Source: Macrostomum lignano
Lineage: Eukaryota
Assembly: GCA_002269645.1 (NCBI GenBank)
Contig: NIVC01000763.1
Coordinates: 248,001-312,000, forward strand
Length of the DNA: 64,000 nt
Direction of reading: 5' to 3'
Below are positions 19,701-32,237 of this stretch, one piece after another. The notes beneath the pieces were generated by a model. That model saw only the letters and a program-made list of their open reading frames with translations. It made no database searches and had not been told where the DNA came from. The first letter of the stretch is position 1; each line of letters begins with the position of its first letter. Position numbers and translations under genes: made by a program.

Positions 19701-20170
19701 GTGAAATGCTAGTACAACATCAGCTGCTCCATCCCTGACACCGCAGGTACGGCCAGCTCTACACTCTCGAGCTCTTCTTTGCTACGGATAGCAACCAATC
19801 AACCGAAGCCTTGGAGATGAGAAAATCCAAGGCGATCACTGCCGTCAGCAGCAAATTTTCAAACAGCAGCGTTATCGAAGAGTTCATGGACAGCATTGAG
19901 TTCAGCGTGCCGATCAATAGCTTCGGCAGACTGTCGCACGCCCTGTCCTGGCTAGCCGAGATGAAGCAAATCTGGAATCTGGCCAGCTTCTCGTTTTACC
20001 AGATGTCGCTAGACGAAACGTTTGCTAAAATGATCTCGCGGCACAATAAGCAGCTGACTCTGAGGGACAGTAGTGTCAGAGAAACCAGCTCAGTGGGTAA
20101 ATCGGTCGATGACTCACAGTCGCTTCAGATTAGCATAGCATCAAATGAATCAAAGCAGAGCTACGCGTAG
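13753..20170 (+). CDS. Full-length ABCA-subfamily transporter (TMD-NBD-TMD-NBD), 3 exons
   Basis: Exons 13753-15238, 15950-19061 and 19747-20170 with compatible phases. NBD1: GHNGSGKT / LSNGMRRKL / VLLLDEPT. NBD2: GPNGAGKS / LSFGSKRRL / VLVIDEAS. ABCA-type regulatory segments (SLDDIF, SLDETF). Confidence 0.92.
19360..19645. repeat. Intronic minisatellite of ~20-bp CCAAGAGCC subunits in a ~77-bp higher-order repeat
   Basis: Seen directly in ABCA intron 2. Confidence 0.92.
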
Positions 20171-20865
20171 AGCCTGGCGTGTACGCTCAATGCTGCAGTT
20201 AGGAGGGCTCAATGTTTCAAGTCATAAAACAGCCACAATCTAACACAAGTGTAAACTCGTGTATTGGACATGTGAATTCGTTAGGGGCGTTGCCATCGAT
20301 GCATCTCCTGACACTAATTTAGCCACCGCAGGAGAGATTTCAGCATCAGACGCGCACCAGGCTTGGGCACCTTACCGTAAGGTGAGATGGTACAGTACAG
20401 ATGTCCAAGATTGGGTGGGCTACAGACAGTCAATAGCATGTCCCACATAACTTGAACTCGATGTATGGGCTCCCTTTTTGGCTCCACTCGAAAATATTGG
20501 AAAACTACTCTTCGCTAAGTTGTTTCATAGAGTCCAAACTTGCCAAATACCGCTTTCGTAACTTTATGCCTAAAAAACTTCACAATATGTGAAAGTTATT
20601 GATCCAAAATATTTTTAACCTACATTTTTTCTTGACATTTTTTCGTTTGTTGTGTATCCGTGGTAAAAAAGCGTACGAGAGAGCTGCAGCGATGATTCCA
20701 TCATGGCATCGTAATTTGGTTAATTGCATTCTTGACTTTACCGGCTGCCTAAATTTCTAGTGTAGAATTTCGACAGAATCGGTGTGAAGTTTGTAGGTGT
20801 GGCTTTTTGGTTTAGTCTCAATCCCATTCTTGTCACTGAGTAATGAGTAATGGGTAGTAGATGGC

Positions 20866-21135
20866 AGGGAGGGTAGTGGATGACAGAGGCATGGCAGGGA
20901 GGGCAGTGGATGGCAGAGGGCATGGCAGGGAGGGCAGTGGATGGCAGAGGGCATGGCAGGGAGGGCAGTGGATGGCAGGGAGGGCAGTGGATGGCAGAGA
21001 GGGCATGGCAGGGAGGGCAGTGGATGGCAGAGAGGGCATGGCAGGGGGGGCAGTGGATAACGCAGGTATCGCAGGGGATGGCAGAGGGCATGGCAGGGAG
21101 GGCAGTGGATAACGCAGGTATCGCAGGGGAGGGCA
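20866..21135. repeat. G-rich minisatellite (GGGCAGTGGATGGCAGAGGGCATGGCAGGGA-type)
   Basis: Seen directly. Confidence 0.92.
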
Positions 21136-21330
21136 TAATTTGCTGATAAAATAAAAACTCGAGTCAACAAAAACAGCAGACCATTTTTAATCCAACAAGT
21201 ACTAATATGGTTGGCATTTAAATGAAATTGAACACATCGCTATATTATATTCTTAAACAGCTTTGCAAGTGCCTATCCGCTGCAATATACATCTGTCACT
21301 CAACAAGACAGTGCCTGCACTCCCAGCTTG

Positions 21331-21720
21331 CTACTCGTCGCCGTCAGCTTCATCCGCCTCATCGCTGTTGATGTTGAAGTAGCGCAGGTCGAAGGACTCC
21401 CGACCGGAGGCCACCACTCGTAGGTAGTCACGAAGAGAGTTTTTCTTTAGATACTTCTTTGCCAGGTACTTTAAATATCGCTTAGAGAACGGGATATCCG
21501 CCGTGACAGTCAGTTCGTTTTTAGTTCGCTCAACGCTGACCAGGTTTTGCAAGTTGTTAGTCTTGCCCTGCACTTTGATTCGTTCTGTTAGGAATTTTTC
21601 AAAGCTCACTATGTCCATGATGCCGTCCTCGACTGGCTGGGCGCAGTTCAAGCAAAACTTCAAAGTCTGACGCTTCCGCTTTGATGATTTCAGATTTGAA
21701 CGACGCGGCACTTTTGGCAT
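21331..21720 (-). CDS. RPL22: 60S ribosomal protein eL22, intronless CDS
   Basis: Hallmark motifs [59 protein letters not shown] and LRYFNI, with an acidic tail. Confidence 0.97.
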   Translation of the reverse strand: MPKVPRRSNLKSSKRKRQTLKFCLNCAQPVEDGIMDIVSFEKFLTERIKVQGKTNNLQNLVSVERTKNELTVTADIPFSKRYLKYLAKKYLKKNSLRDYLRVVASGRESFDLRYFNINSDEADEADGDE

Positions 21721-24700
21721 GGCTTCTGCTGCTGCAGAGGTTTACAGTACTGGATCAATAATTAATACTGAAAAATACAATGCTAGATTTTTAAACTAAG
21801 CCTATAGTTTGAAAAATACTCATCCCAAGGAGACTAGATAGCAAAAAATTATGCATAGACTAGAAAGCTAAAATATTAACAATATAGAATTGCCTACAAA
21901 AACCGACTTATAAGTAGTGCCAATGACTTAAACCATAAATTCTGCAAATAGTATAAAAATATTAATATTTTAAAACTAGCAAGAAACTTCAAAACCCAAC
22001 TATAAATCTTCTACTGACTATATGTTCTAATATTTTAGGTCATTTTGTCTAAAGTTTTACTATAACCAAAACTTATATCCAAAGCCATATCTCAAAAATT
22101 TTCCTATAGCCTATCTGTATCTATATTTATATTATAATTACCTTAGGGTAGTAAATTTTCTGTAGCTTTCTATTACTTTCTTGCTATGGTTGCAATGTGC
22201 CATTAGGCAATAAGGTATTGTGATTTCTTGCTATTTGCTATTTCAATTTTAAGAATGCAGCTATGAATTATACTTTGGAGATGGTGCAGAATGTATATAT
22301 GGTGCTTAATGCCTATTCAACTTGATTGCCTTTTTGACTATTTTCTCTTTTCTTCTCTCTTCTTTCTTTTTTTATAAGGTTTTGTTCTCCCCCTTCTTTT
22401 TTCCTTTTCTTCTTTATTTCTTTTATTTTCTTCCTTCTTTTTTCTTTCTTTCTTTCTAATCTTGATTTCATTTCTTTCCTCTTTTCTTTCCCTTTTCCCC
22501 TTTTATTATCTTATTCTATCTTCTCTCCTCTTCTTTCTTTTCTTTTTCTTTTTATTAGCTCTTTTATCTTTCCTTTCCACCTTTTATAACTTTTCTTGCA
22601 ATATATAATATTCATATATATTCATATTCCTAGATCTAAATTCTTTTTTTGCTTGCATTAAGATGCAAAATTGCATCCAAGGTCCAATTTCAGGATGTGA
22701 TTTGCAAAGTTAGGATATTATATAGTATTCCTATTATATAGAAAACTAAGCCTAGTACTAAGTGTAAAGTATATTTATGTATCATTTGAATATATGTACT
22801 TTTTATAATGTATCCTGTGTTCCTGGAAATTATCTATTAACTATTTTAGTCAGTGTTTATTCAGTAGTACGTTTCCTTTTCTGTGATACTTACTACAGTA
22901 TATACTTTATTACTATTTTTTACTGCATGCTAATTCCTATTGTATTTGAAAGGTGAATATGCTGTGTTTGGTATTAGGCTTTCTAGGCGCCATGGTTGTA
23001 GTAGAGTAGCATAGTTGTTCTAGAATTTGAGTCCATCTAGTTTAAATAATAATATCTAATTACTTTTAGTTTTATTGCACAAATAGATTATACAAATAAT
23101 TATGGAATAAATTAAGGTGCATTTCACCCACCAAGCCAAGGATACATTCATTCATTCATTTGTCACCACAATGAATATTGTTTGAATTGTTCAACTTCAA
23201 GTTTATTTTACATAAGATGCAAAATTGTACCCAAGGTCTAATTTAAAGATTCAATTTTGAAAGCTAAGATAATATAGTATCCCTATCACATAGAAGAACT
23301 AGGTCACCATTACTATATTTTGTTTGAAAACTTCTGTCTATACCATAGGTCTACTTAAAGTCATATTGAATGCATAACTGCATACCAGAAAATTCTGGCA
23401 TAAATCATGTCTTCTAGAATATGGACTGTCTATATCTTAAACATAAATAGCACTCTAAACTTGTCCATTTTTACAAGGACATTATATTTAAAGACAAAAC
23501 AATTTATAAAAAATGAATTACAATTGCTAGTAATCTAGTTTGCTTCACAATTTTATTATAAGTTTGAATTAATGCTACAATATAATACTATATTAGAAAA
23601 TGATGTCTATAGCCAAAGGGGATAGGCCTATGCAGAAATTTAAAAATTTTAATTTTAAATTTTAGATTTTTTGCTTTTTATTACATAATGTAAATCAATA
23701 GGCTAGTGTATTAGATAAAATCTTGGTATAAGAATCTATTTAAAAATATGAATAGGCCTAGCTTTTTATTCTTAGCTTTGGAAAAAAACAGTACTATTCC
23801 ACTATTTACTAGGCTAAGTAAATTTACTTATCTTTCTATAACTATAGAGCTACAAGCCAACAAGTTCATATGTATAAGTTTAACAAGTTTTATTAGCAAT
23901 TTTATCAACATGGCTAGTTAGCCAATAGTACCAAGCTTTATTATGTTACTGAACAAAGTATGGCTTATGGCAAAAGCAAAACTTTGAACCTGACAATCTT
24001 GGCCTTTGTTCTGTATGATATATATGATTATATAGGATAATAGGCCTATACTATATGATACCCAACTCAATTATCAACTGGCTAACCACTGGCTAGCCTA
24101 AATCTATACAAACTTAGTAATAATAATAATAATAATATTTCAAAATAAAATTGGAACAAATATTGCTAGACTACCTTTTCTTGCCTATCATCTTATGAGT
24201 AGGACTTTGGGAGTTAGAAATAGTGTATTTTTGCTATATATAAAAATATATTACAATCTAGCAATTATATGACTTAATGAGTTTTTGTCAAGTTTTTAAC
24301 AAAAATTGATTGCTGATAAATAATGAAGCATTTTGAATTGTCTTGAATTTTTTAAAGCAATTAAATAGGGAACTGGCTTTTAGCGGCAGCAATGACAATG
24401 GCAAGGCAAGTCCAGCTAGTTAAAATAACATATACCCCTAGCCCTAAGTCCAGTTGAGTGAGTTTATACTATCAAGTATAATAATTGTCAAGTTCACAAG
24501 TTAAATTTTACATAGGGCCTATTATATACTTCATAGTATATACATTACATTGAAGGTCACTGGTCAGATCGTCATATTCCATTTTGTCATATTGGATGAC
24601 AAAGTGACCAGAAGCAAAGTATCTTGAAAAATAATATGACGAAGTGACCAAATATTTAGTTATGCTAGATACTTTGTCATCAACCAATCAATCTGTGCAT

Positions 24701-26783
24701 GATTCGAGTTAGTATAAACTATTTTTTGTTTAATAGGCCTAACTATAAGCTGCAGCAAGCAGAACTGATCGATTGACAGGTTTTATCAATCGAGATAACA
24801 AAATGACTGGGATCATTAGGATTCTAAGTAAATATATTTATTTGCCACAATAATTCACTTGAAGTTGGAACTAATATGATTGGTGGATGACAAGATGACT
24901 CTCTTCAGGTAGTGCATGTTAATTAAGATGACAAAGTGACCATAGTCGAGGTGAGCACCCCAGACACCCAGATGACGAAATGGCAGATGACAAAATGACT
25001 AGGAACCACATAGAATACATATAGAATAATTAAATTGTTATTTTGGCATTCTTTCATTCTACAATCCCCTTACATTTGTCCTACAAAACATAGCACTTTT
25101 GTTATACAATCCCCTGTGTAAAAGATAGGAGTCTTGTTTGTATACCAGTGGAGTATATGTGAAGCATTATTACCCTAGGCCTAGTTAATCATAAGCCACA
25201 TTTATTGGCAATAGTAGGGACATCTTTATATTCACTTTCATTATACAATCATTCAAATGGAGGAAATGTATGGAAAGGGATTGGATAACAAAACTTGGGC
25301 GTTTCATCAATTTTGTAATATAATTCCCCAAGTCAAAAATGTGTTTGCAGGGGATTGTGTACGTGTACCTAAAATGCAAAATAACCCCCTGTAAAAATTT
25401 TAGGAATGGCCAATAAAAAGAATTCTCCTGGGTCGTTTCATATGCTCTGCACTGGCTGCATGCATTGCTGCGCTAAAAGACCGTGTATCTTGTGTATAGA
25501 TTAGCCTAACGAGTGGAACATGGTTGATGATTCAGTCTTTCCTTTTTTAACACCCTTAACACCCCTTCACATTTGTTATACAATCCTTTCCATATATTTC
25601 CTCCATCTGAATGATTGTATAATGAAATTGAATATAGAGACATTCCTACTCTTGTGAAGAATCTTGTTGTGGCCTCATTTTTGCTGCACTCCACTTCAAA
25701 TAGACAGCAATTGAAACTGCCTTATTGCAGTGACTTTGACTCATAGAAAACATTTCGTCTGGTATCTATTATTGACTGCGTGTTTTACACGGGGATCGTA
25801 TAACGAAAGTGCCTAGGAATGGGGATCATAAAACAAAAATGCCGTTATTTCTAACGAGCACTACAATCGGCAAGTATGCCAATATGGATTTGTTTTTTTA
25901 GTTTTCAAAATAGGTTTTTTGGGTTTCCTAGAATCCATTAACTTAAAGTAATCATAATCCTACTAAAACAATAAGTAGTAAAAAAGAAACATTTTGTGCC
26001 AAAAGTAAGACCTATTATTACAAATACAAAATACAAAATTTATAATTCATACAAATAAAAAGCATTAAGTTAGTTTATATATTATAAGACAATAGAGCAA
26101 TATACTCGACTCGACCAAAACCCGAGTTTGTTCGGGCTCTTGCCGCTCTTAATAAATAAGGAAATATCTAATATAATGTTTTGTTTTTTCTGCTCTTATA
26201 ATGCAAAATCTTTAGTTAGAAGTGGAAACCTATTACTATTAGTAGGCACTATTATTATAAGAAACAAATTTCTTAGAGTGAATTTTTTTGCATTTTTAAA
26301 AAATAGGCTTAGGAAAAGCCCGAAGCACTAGGTAGAGTTGATGACTAGATAAGCAAGCATCTCAAAAACAGCTTGAGCTGCTAAGCAAATTGCTGTAAAG
26401 CAGCATAAGAAAAAAATTTAAAAAGCTTAGATGGTTCAGGTCCTTTTCATATTGCTTTTTCTGGTTCTAGAACCAGATCTAGAACCAGATCCTATTTGTG
26501 AAGTATCACTTTTTGTGTCCAATTCTAATTTATAATTTAGCTTAGGCACCAAAAAGCAAAATGGGGCATCAAAATAGAATACAATCCACTTAATTAAAAG
26601 CCACTTTGGTAACAAAATAGTAGATTTATAACTAGGCTCACCAAGAACAAGGTTTATATTTTAATGGCAGGGGCCTAATTAACTTTAGGCCAAGCAACTA
26701 CAACTAGTATCAACTACAACTAGTAGTTTTATAAATATAATTAACATTTTAACTATTTCATTACCAAGTATAGTTCAAATTTC

Positions 26784-27698
26784 GGTTGACGGTCATTTCG
26801 TCTGCCGCCTTTTCGTCTGCCAATATACGATATAGTCGTTTCGTCTGCCAATATATATAATATATAAATCGGAATAACTAATTATGTCATCAAGCTTCGC
26901 ATGGAAGTGTAATGTAAATGTCTTATTAATTATAATTTATTATAATGCTAGGATTTTTCTGAAAGTTCCGGAGCTAATATGTTGCAAATAATATATATGC
27001 AATTTAATCATGGTGAAATAAATTACGAAGAGCTTGCGTGCACGGCCGCCGTTCACGTAAGCTCAGAATTGCGTGCACGGCAGAGCTATATCTTATAGGC
27101 TTATACAGTAAGTCATATACTATTCGAATTAATATTCAAGTTAACAAAAAAACAATGAATTAAGATTACATTTGCAGTCCATGGTGTACGGGGGATAAAA
27201 CATTATAAAACAATATAGTAAAAATATTTTTTAATTAGGTTTGCCAATGCCAATGCGTGGATTTAAGGGCCCAGTCACGGCCAATTGCCGGCTGCCGTGC
27301 ACGCAATTACAACACTAGGTGGACGGCTGCATACATGCAAATAAAGCACTAGGTAGATAGCCGCCGTGCACGCAATTCTGAGCTTACGTGAACGGCTGCC
27401 GTGCACGCAAGCTCTTCGAATAAATTATCGATAACACCACTTTCTCAGAAAATAACTTCGCATCGATGCGTTGAAAATATATAGGTTAGTTAGGTTTCGT
27501 AGAAAATGAAGAAAAACAAAATGTATCAATATAAATAAGAAAACATACTTAAAACTTGCTTATACTAGTTTATTTTAATTCCCTACATAAAAATACTAAA
27601 TAAGTGAACCAAAATAAACATAAATAAAAAAGTCGTTTCGTCTGCTAAAATTCTTTGGCAGACGAGAAAAGGCGGCAGACGAAATGACCGCGCAGACC
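26784..27698. mobile_element. Non-autonomous DNA transposon (MITE) with 8-bp TSD
   Basis: TIRs GGTTGACGGTCATTTCGTCTGCCGCCTTTTCGTCTGCCAA and TTGGCAGACGAGAAAAGGCGGCAGACGAAATGACCGCGCAGACC. Flanked by CAAATTTC at 26776-26783 and 27699-27706. Confidence 0.85.
27026..27418. mobile_element. Mutator-like MITE with 9-bp TSD, nested inside the previous element
   Basis: Near-perfect ~56-bp TIRs (CGAAGAGCTTGCGTGCACGG...). TSD AATAAATTA at 27017-27025 and 27419-27427. Confidence 0.9.
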
Positions 27699-28199
27699 CA
27701 AATTTCTACTCTAGTTAGGCCCTAATCTGAATTAATTTGCATAGGCCTAAAATTGGCTAAATTTGCACATTAACTTTGTAAAAAAATTAAAGGTGGCAAA
27801 GAACATTAGGCCTATGCAAGTTGAAAATTGAAATTTTGAAGTAAGTAAATCTTTTGAAGAGGATTTATAATCTTCATTTAATTATAAATGAAGAAAAAGT
27901 AGATTCTATAAATGAAGTCACTAACTCTTTTAATCTCTACATATAAAAATGAAAACTTTCTAATATATAAATATATTTCTAAATTTATATATAATATTTT
28001 GTCAATAGGATAGGCCTATCTTAGCTTGTACATGCATTTATTTCATTATTTGGTATATCCAGAAATTAAAATATGATATATATATATATTTAGATTAAAA
28101 TATACATAGGCCTAGTTTTCTATATTAATCTATGCAGGGCAATCTATATTTCTACAATTCAATGCTTTCAAATTTTTGCCTGAAAACTAAGTAAACAAT

Positions 28200-28545
28200 T
28201 TGTTATACTGTATGATTTTCTCATAATATTTTTCGAATACAATTTTTGTTTAAATCTACAAGTAAAAATAGTATAAATAGAAGCAATTTCGGTGGAGGGA
28301 GAACCAACCTTGCGCATCGCGGTTCCACAATAAGTGATTGATAGACTAGCAAAAAGTAAGAGTTCCGAGAAAATAAGAATTGAAGAAGTGCTTTCTGTGT
28401 TAATTCTTTTTAAGAAGTAAGAGCAAAGTAGATCAAAGTGTATACAGTACATACTACCGAGAAGTAGCAGAATTGAGTAGTAAAAATATACAAAGTAGAT
28501 CTGAAGTAAATACATATAAGAATAACCGGAGGCTGTGACCAGTGT
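28200..28545 (-). repeat. Dispersed repeat family, copy A (inverted, partial, CpG-retaining)
   Basis: Its reverse complement aligns by eye to 31480-31745 and 55445-55715. Confidence 0.8.
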
Positions 28546-28949
28546 TGCCACTCTTGGCATTTTTTTAACACTGGCATTTTTTTGGCGTTTTGTGTTTTTA
28601 TTTGCTAAATTCCTTTTTCCTGCATTTTTTCAATGAATAATTCTGACTGTAAAAAGAGAAGTTCAGCTAGCGATTAAGAGGTTGCGCAAGGCGCAAGGGA
28701 AAAACCAGGATGTTGCTATGCGCCTGACACAATTTGCATTGGATCGGCTGGTAATTAAACGGGTCTATGAAATTTGCTTGCGAGAAGTTTGCTTGCCAAA
28801 GTTTGCTAAAATTGCTAAGTTTTGCTAAAATTTGTATTCAAACATACAAACCTTAGAGATTTAGTATATTTAGATTGTATAAATGTATATGCACATACAT
28901 GTATGGTCTCATTATTTACTTTTTATGAACACAACAAACAACTTTAAAA

Positions 28950-29280
28950 GTGCTGCTGCTGATGGAGCTAGCGCAACTATGGCTCCAATTCGATGAGGAG
29001 CTGCTGACAGAGCTAGCATGACTGCAGCCCCAATTTGACAAGGAGCTGCTGACGGAGCTAGCATGATTGCAGCCCCAATTTGACAAGGAGCTGCTGATGG
29101 AGCTAGTGTGATTGCAGCCCCAATTTGACAAGGTGATACTGACAGAGCTAGCATGATTGTAGCCCCAATTTGACAAGGAGCTGCTGATGGAGCTAGCGTG
29201 ACTGCAGCCCCAATTTGATGAGGAGTCTGATGGAGCTAGCACGACTGCAGCCCCAATTTGACAAGGAGCTGCTGATTCAA
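28950..29280. repeat. 45-bp minisatellite (GCTGCTGATGGAGCTAGCGTGACTGCAGCCCCAATTTGACAAGGA)
   Basis: About 7 copies seen directly. Confidence 0.93.
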
Positions 29281-29924
29281 TGAGGAGCTTTTTGCACTGC
29301 ACACCTCATAGATCCACTCCAGACTCAGTGCACCCTGACACATGGCCTGATATTGTGGTCTGGAAAATCCAGTGCTGCACATTCAATGCTGCCAATGGTT
29401 GCACTTATTGCATTCCATAGCTTCTTATTTTTGCACCTGATGCACTCATTCTCCAATATTGTAATTGTAATTTTGGCTTAGTGTGTCAAAAGGTGACTTG
29501 TGGAATATATATTACATGTACAACATCCAAGCTAGACTAGCACTACCACTTTAATAACAACATGTAGCAATAGTACAACAGCTATAGAGGTTGAATGGCA
29601 GAATGTAACAAATCCCCCTCTTGGCCAAATTTGGATGTTCTCCAGGGCACATAGTTTGTACACTACCTGACAACAAGAAAATCAGGGCAGATGTACACCT
29701 AGTAGGCATTCTTGAATGGGCCTTGAAATGCCCAAAGCAACCCTAGCAAACTAACCAACTTTACATAACCAAATTGAACACTCTCTACCCATTATCTTTA
29801 TACCCACTCTACTCCACTCTCAGATGTACATGAAACTATATGTACATCTTTCAGCACTAGTCATAATGAACCCTTCACTGAACCCTTTTAAACAATTAAC
29901 ACTTCAATCAATTAGACTAAAATG

Positions 29925-30118
29925 AACAAAATTTTTGTATGAAATGTTGTGCCCATTGGACAAAATGTTGTACCTTTTGGATGAAATGTTGTGCCCCAAA
30001 ATTTTTGGACAAAGTGTTGTGCCCATTGTACAAAATGTTGTACCCTTCAGATAAAATGTCATGCCCCAAAATTTTTGGACAAAGTGTCCTAGACAAAATG
30101 TCCCTGGGATAAAACGTC
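29925..30118. repeat. Degenerate ~21-bp repeat (AAATGTTGTGCCCATTGGACA-like)
   Basis: Seen directly. Confidence 0.75.
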
Positions 30119-30879
30119 ATAGATTCATTTTATAATTCTAGAACTAGAAATTCTTAGAATTAGTTTAAATCTTCCAAGAAAAAAGTAGTAGGCTTATACA
30201 TATTTAAATTAAATTTTTTGAATGCTTAATTGCCTTAAAGGCCTCACTTTGCACAATTTTTTGCTTTCTTTTTGGCTAGGCCTAGGCTTTATTCTTATTT
30301 AGTAACAACCTTTGTATATTATAAGTATCCTTTTAGGTATATATTTTTTTCAGGCATTCCATGGTATAAAACCTTTTACATTAGGCTGCATATAGATATG
30401 AGCCAACATTGGTGCTTAACATTTATCAAACCTGCTGTTGAGTCATAGCAAATTCAATTGCCATATAGAATGCAGCTCCATATATATTTTGAAGGCAGTC
30501 TTAAAGTTTAGCTAGACTTTCTATTGGTAATAACAAGCATAGAAGGTTCCAAAATGGCCAACTAAGCCAAAGGACATCTGCAACCTATAAATGAATATTG
30601 ACATAGCCATTTCATTGTACCAACTTAAGGCATTGGCTATATTGCTAACCACTTACAATAATGCCTTTAGGGCTAAACTTATATGCTAGCACTGGCTAGA
30701 CTTGGGTTATAGCATAGCCAAAGTTTAGAAAAATTCAGAAATTCATGTCAATTTCATTTTCTCCAATTTCTCAAAGGTTTCTTTTTTTGAAATTTTATAA
30801 GAATTAAAATAGTTTAAAGTTTGTTTAGAGCTAGCATTCTATATGTTATTAAGTATGAATAGTCTATATTATTTGACAA

Positions 30880-31745
30880 TTTATAATTAAAAGTATATTA
30901 ACTATATCCAAAAGTTAATTCAATTTTTATATGATAGGGGTACTGCTTCTCACCTTGTAAATATCCTAAAACTGCCACCAAGTTGACATAGGGGTAGTCT
31001 TTATAAATGATTCCATAGCTGTCACCAAGTTGTTATAGGGCTGATTGTTCTCTCTTGAAAATTTTACCATTAAGCCACAAAGTTGTTATAGGTGTGTTTC
31101 CTGTATACTAAGAAATCTCATAAACTGCCACCAAAGCTATACAGGGCTTTCCTTCTGTCTCTTAAATGTTCTATTGCTGCCACCAAGACTATTCTATTGT
31201 GAATTTATTATTCTAGAATAAGTTGGAGAAAAGTTATTACTATAGGTCTGAGTTTTTATCTAAGCATAGGTCTAAGTATTAGTCTAAGAATTTTTCTGAA
31301 TACTAGTTAACTCTGACAAGTGGCATTCTTATTGTTATTCTGGTAGTGTGTTACTATTATTCTAGTAGCGTGTACAATTTTTCTAGTAGCATTTACTATT
31401 ATTCTAGCCTGAGCAGTATATAAGGTCTACTGGTATATGTACTTCATATATTTCCAGTCCTGGGCATTACCGAGATCAGAGGGTCACAGGCTCTGGTACT
31501 TTATATGTACTGTTAGGATCTACTTCCTCTTCTTCTACTTATCACCTCCACTTCTCAGTAGTATATACTATGTATGCTTCCATCTACTTCACTTCACTTG
31601 AGAGAAAAATCAACTCAGAAAACAACTTCAATTATATTTACTCGGAACACTTTTCTTAATTGCTATTAACCTCTTATGAACTGTGGTGAGTGCAAGTTGG
31701 TCTTTCCTCCGCTGAATTTGTGTCTATTTATACTAAAATTTTAGG
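30880..31745 (+). repeat. Dispersed repeat family, copy B, with ~60-bp CTGCCACCAAGTTG..ATAGGG subrepeats at the 5' side
   Basis: Collinear with 54960-55715, e.g. GGTCTACTGGTATATGTA, CCTGGGCRTTACCGAGATCAGAG and CCACTTCTCAGTAGTATATA. Confidence 0.85.
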
Positions 31746-32237
31746 TCATTTTCAACAAAAAATAAATTTCAATAATATTTCAAGAAATATGAGTATTAAA
31801 ACAAATTGTTTTTCTTAGAAACACACTGATTTTAAAATGGCATAGAAAGTTAGAAAGACTAGAAGGCAAATAAACAAAAGAGAAAAAAAGAGAAAAGGGA
31901 AGCAAAAAAAGAAAATTCAAACTGAAACAAAAAGCAAGAAGGCAATAAAAACAAAGCAATTTACAAAACAAGCAGACTAACTTGGATGGCTATTTTAGTA
32001 GGTAATGTTTTGATAATTAAAAAAAGTCACTCATTGAAACATTAAATGAATCGCCTAAAGATTTATAGTGCCAAATACTAGTACTATAGTTAGTTAGGCA
32101 AACAACAAATTGAGAACTTAATAAACATTTACATATCTAATGACTTTTAATGTTTTTTGTTTAATATTTATGCTCCAAAATGTATTTTGTGTCATTAAAA
32201 GAATTGATTTCAAACATCAACTTATGCAAGCCAATTC

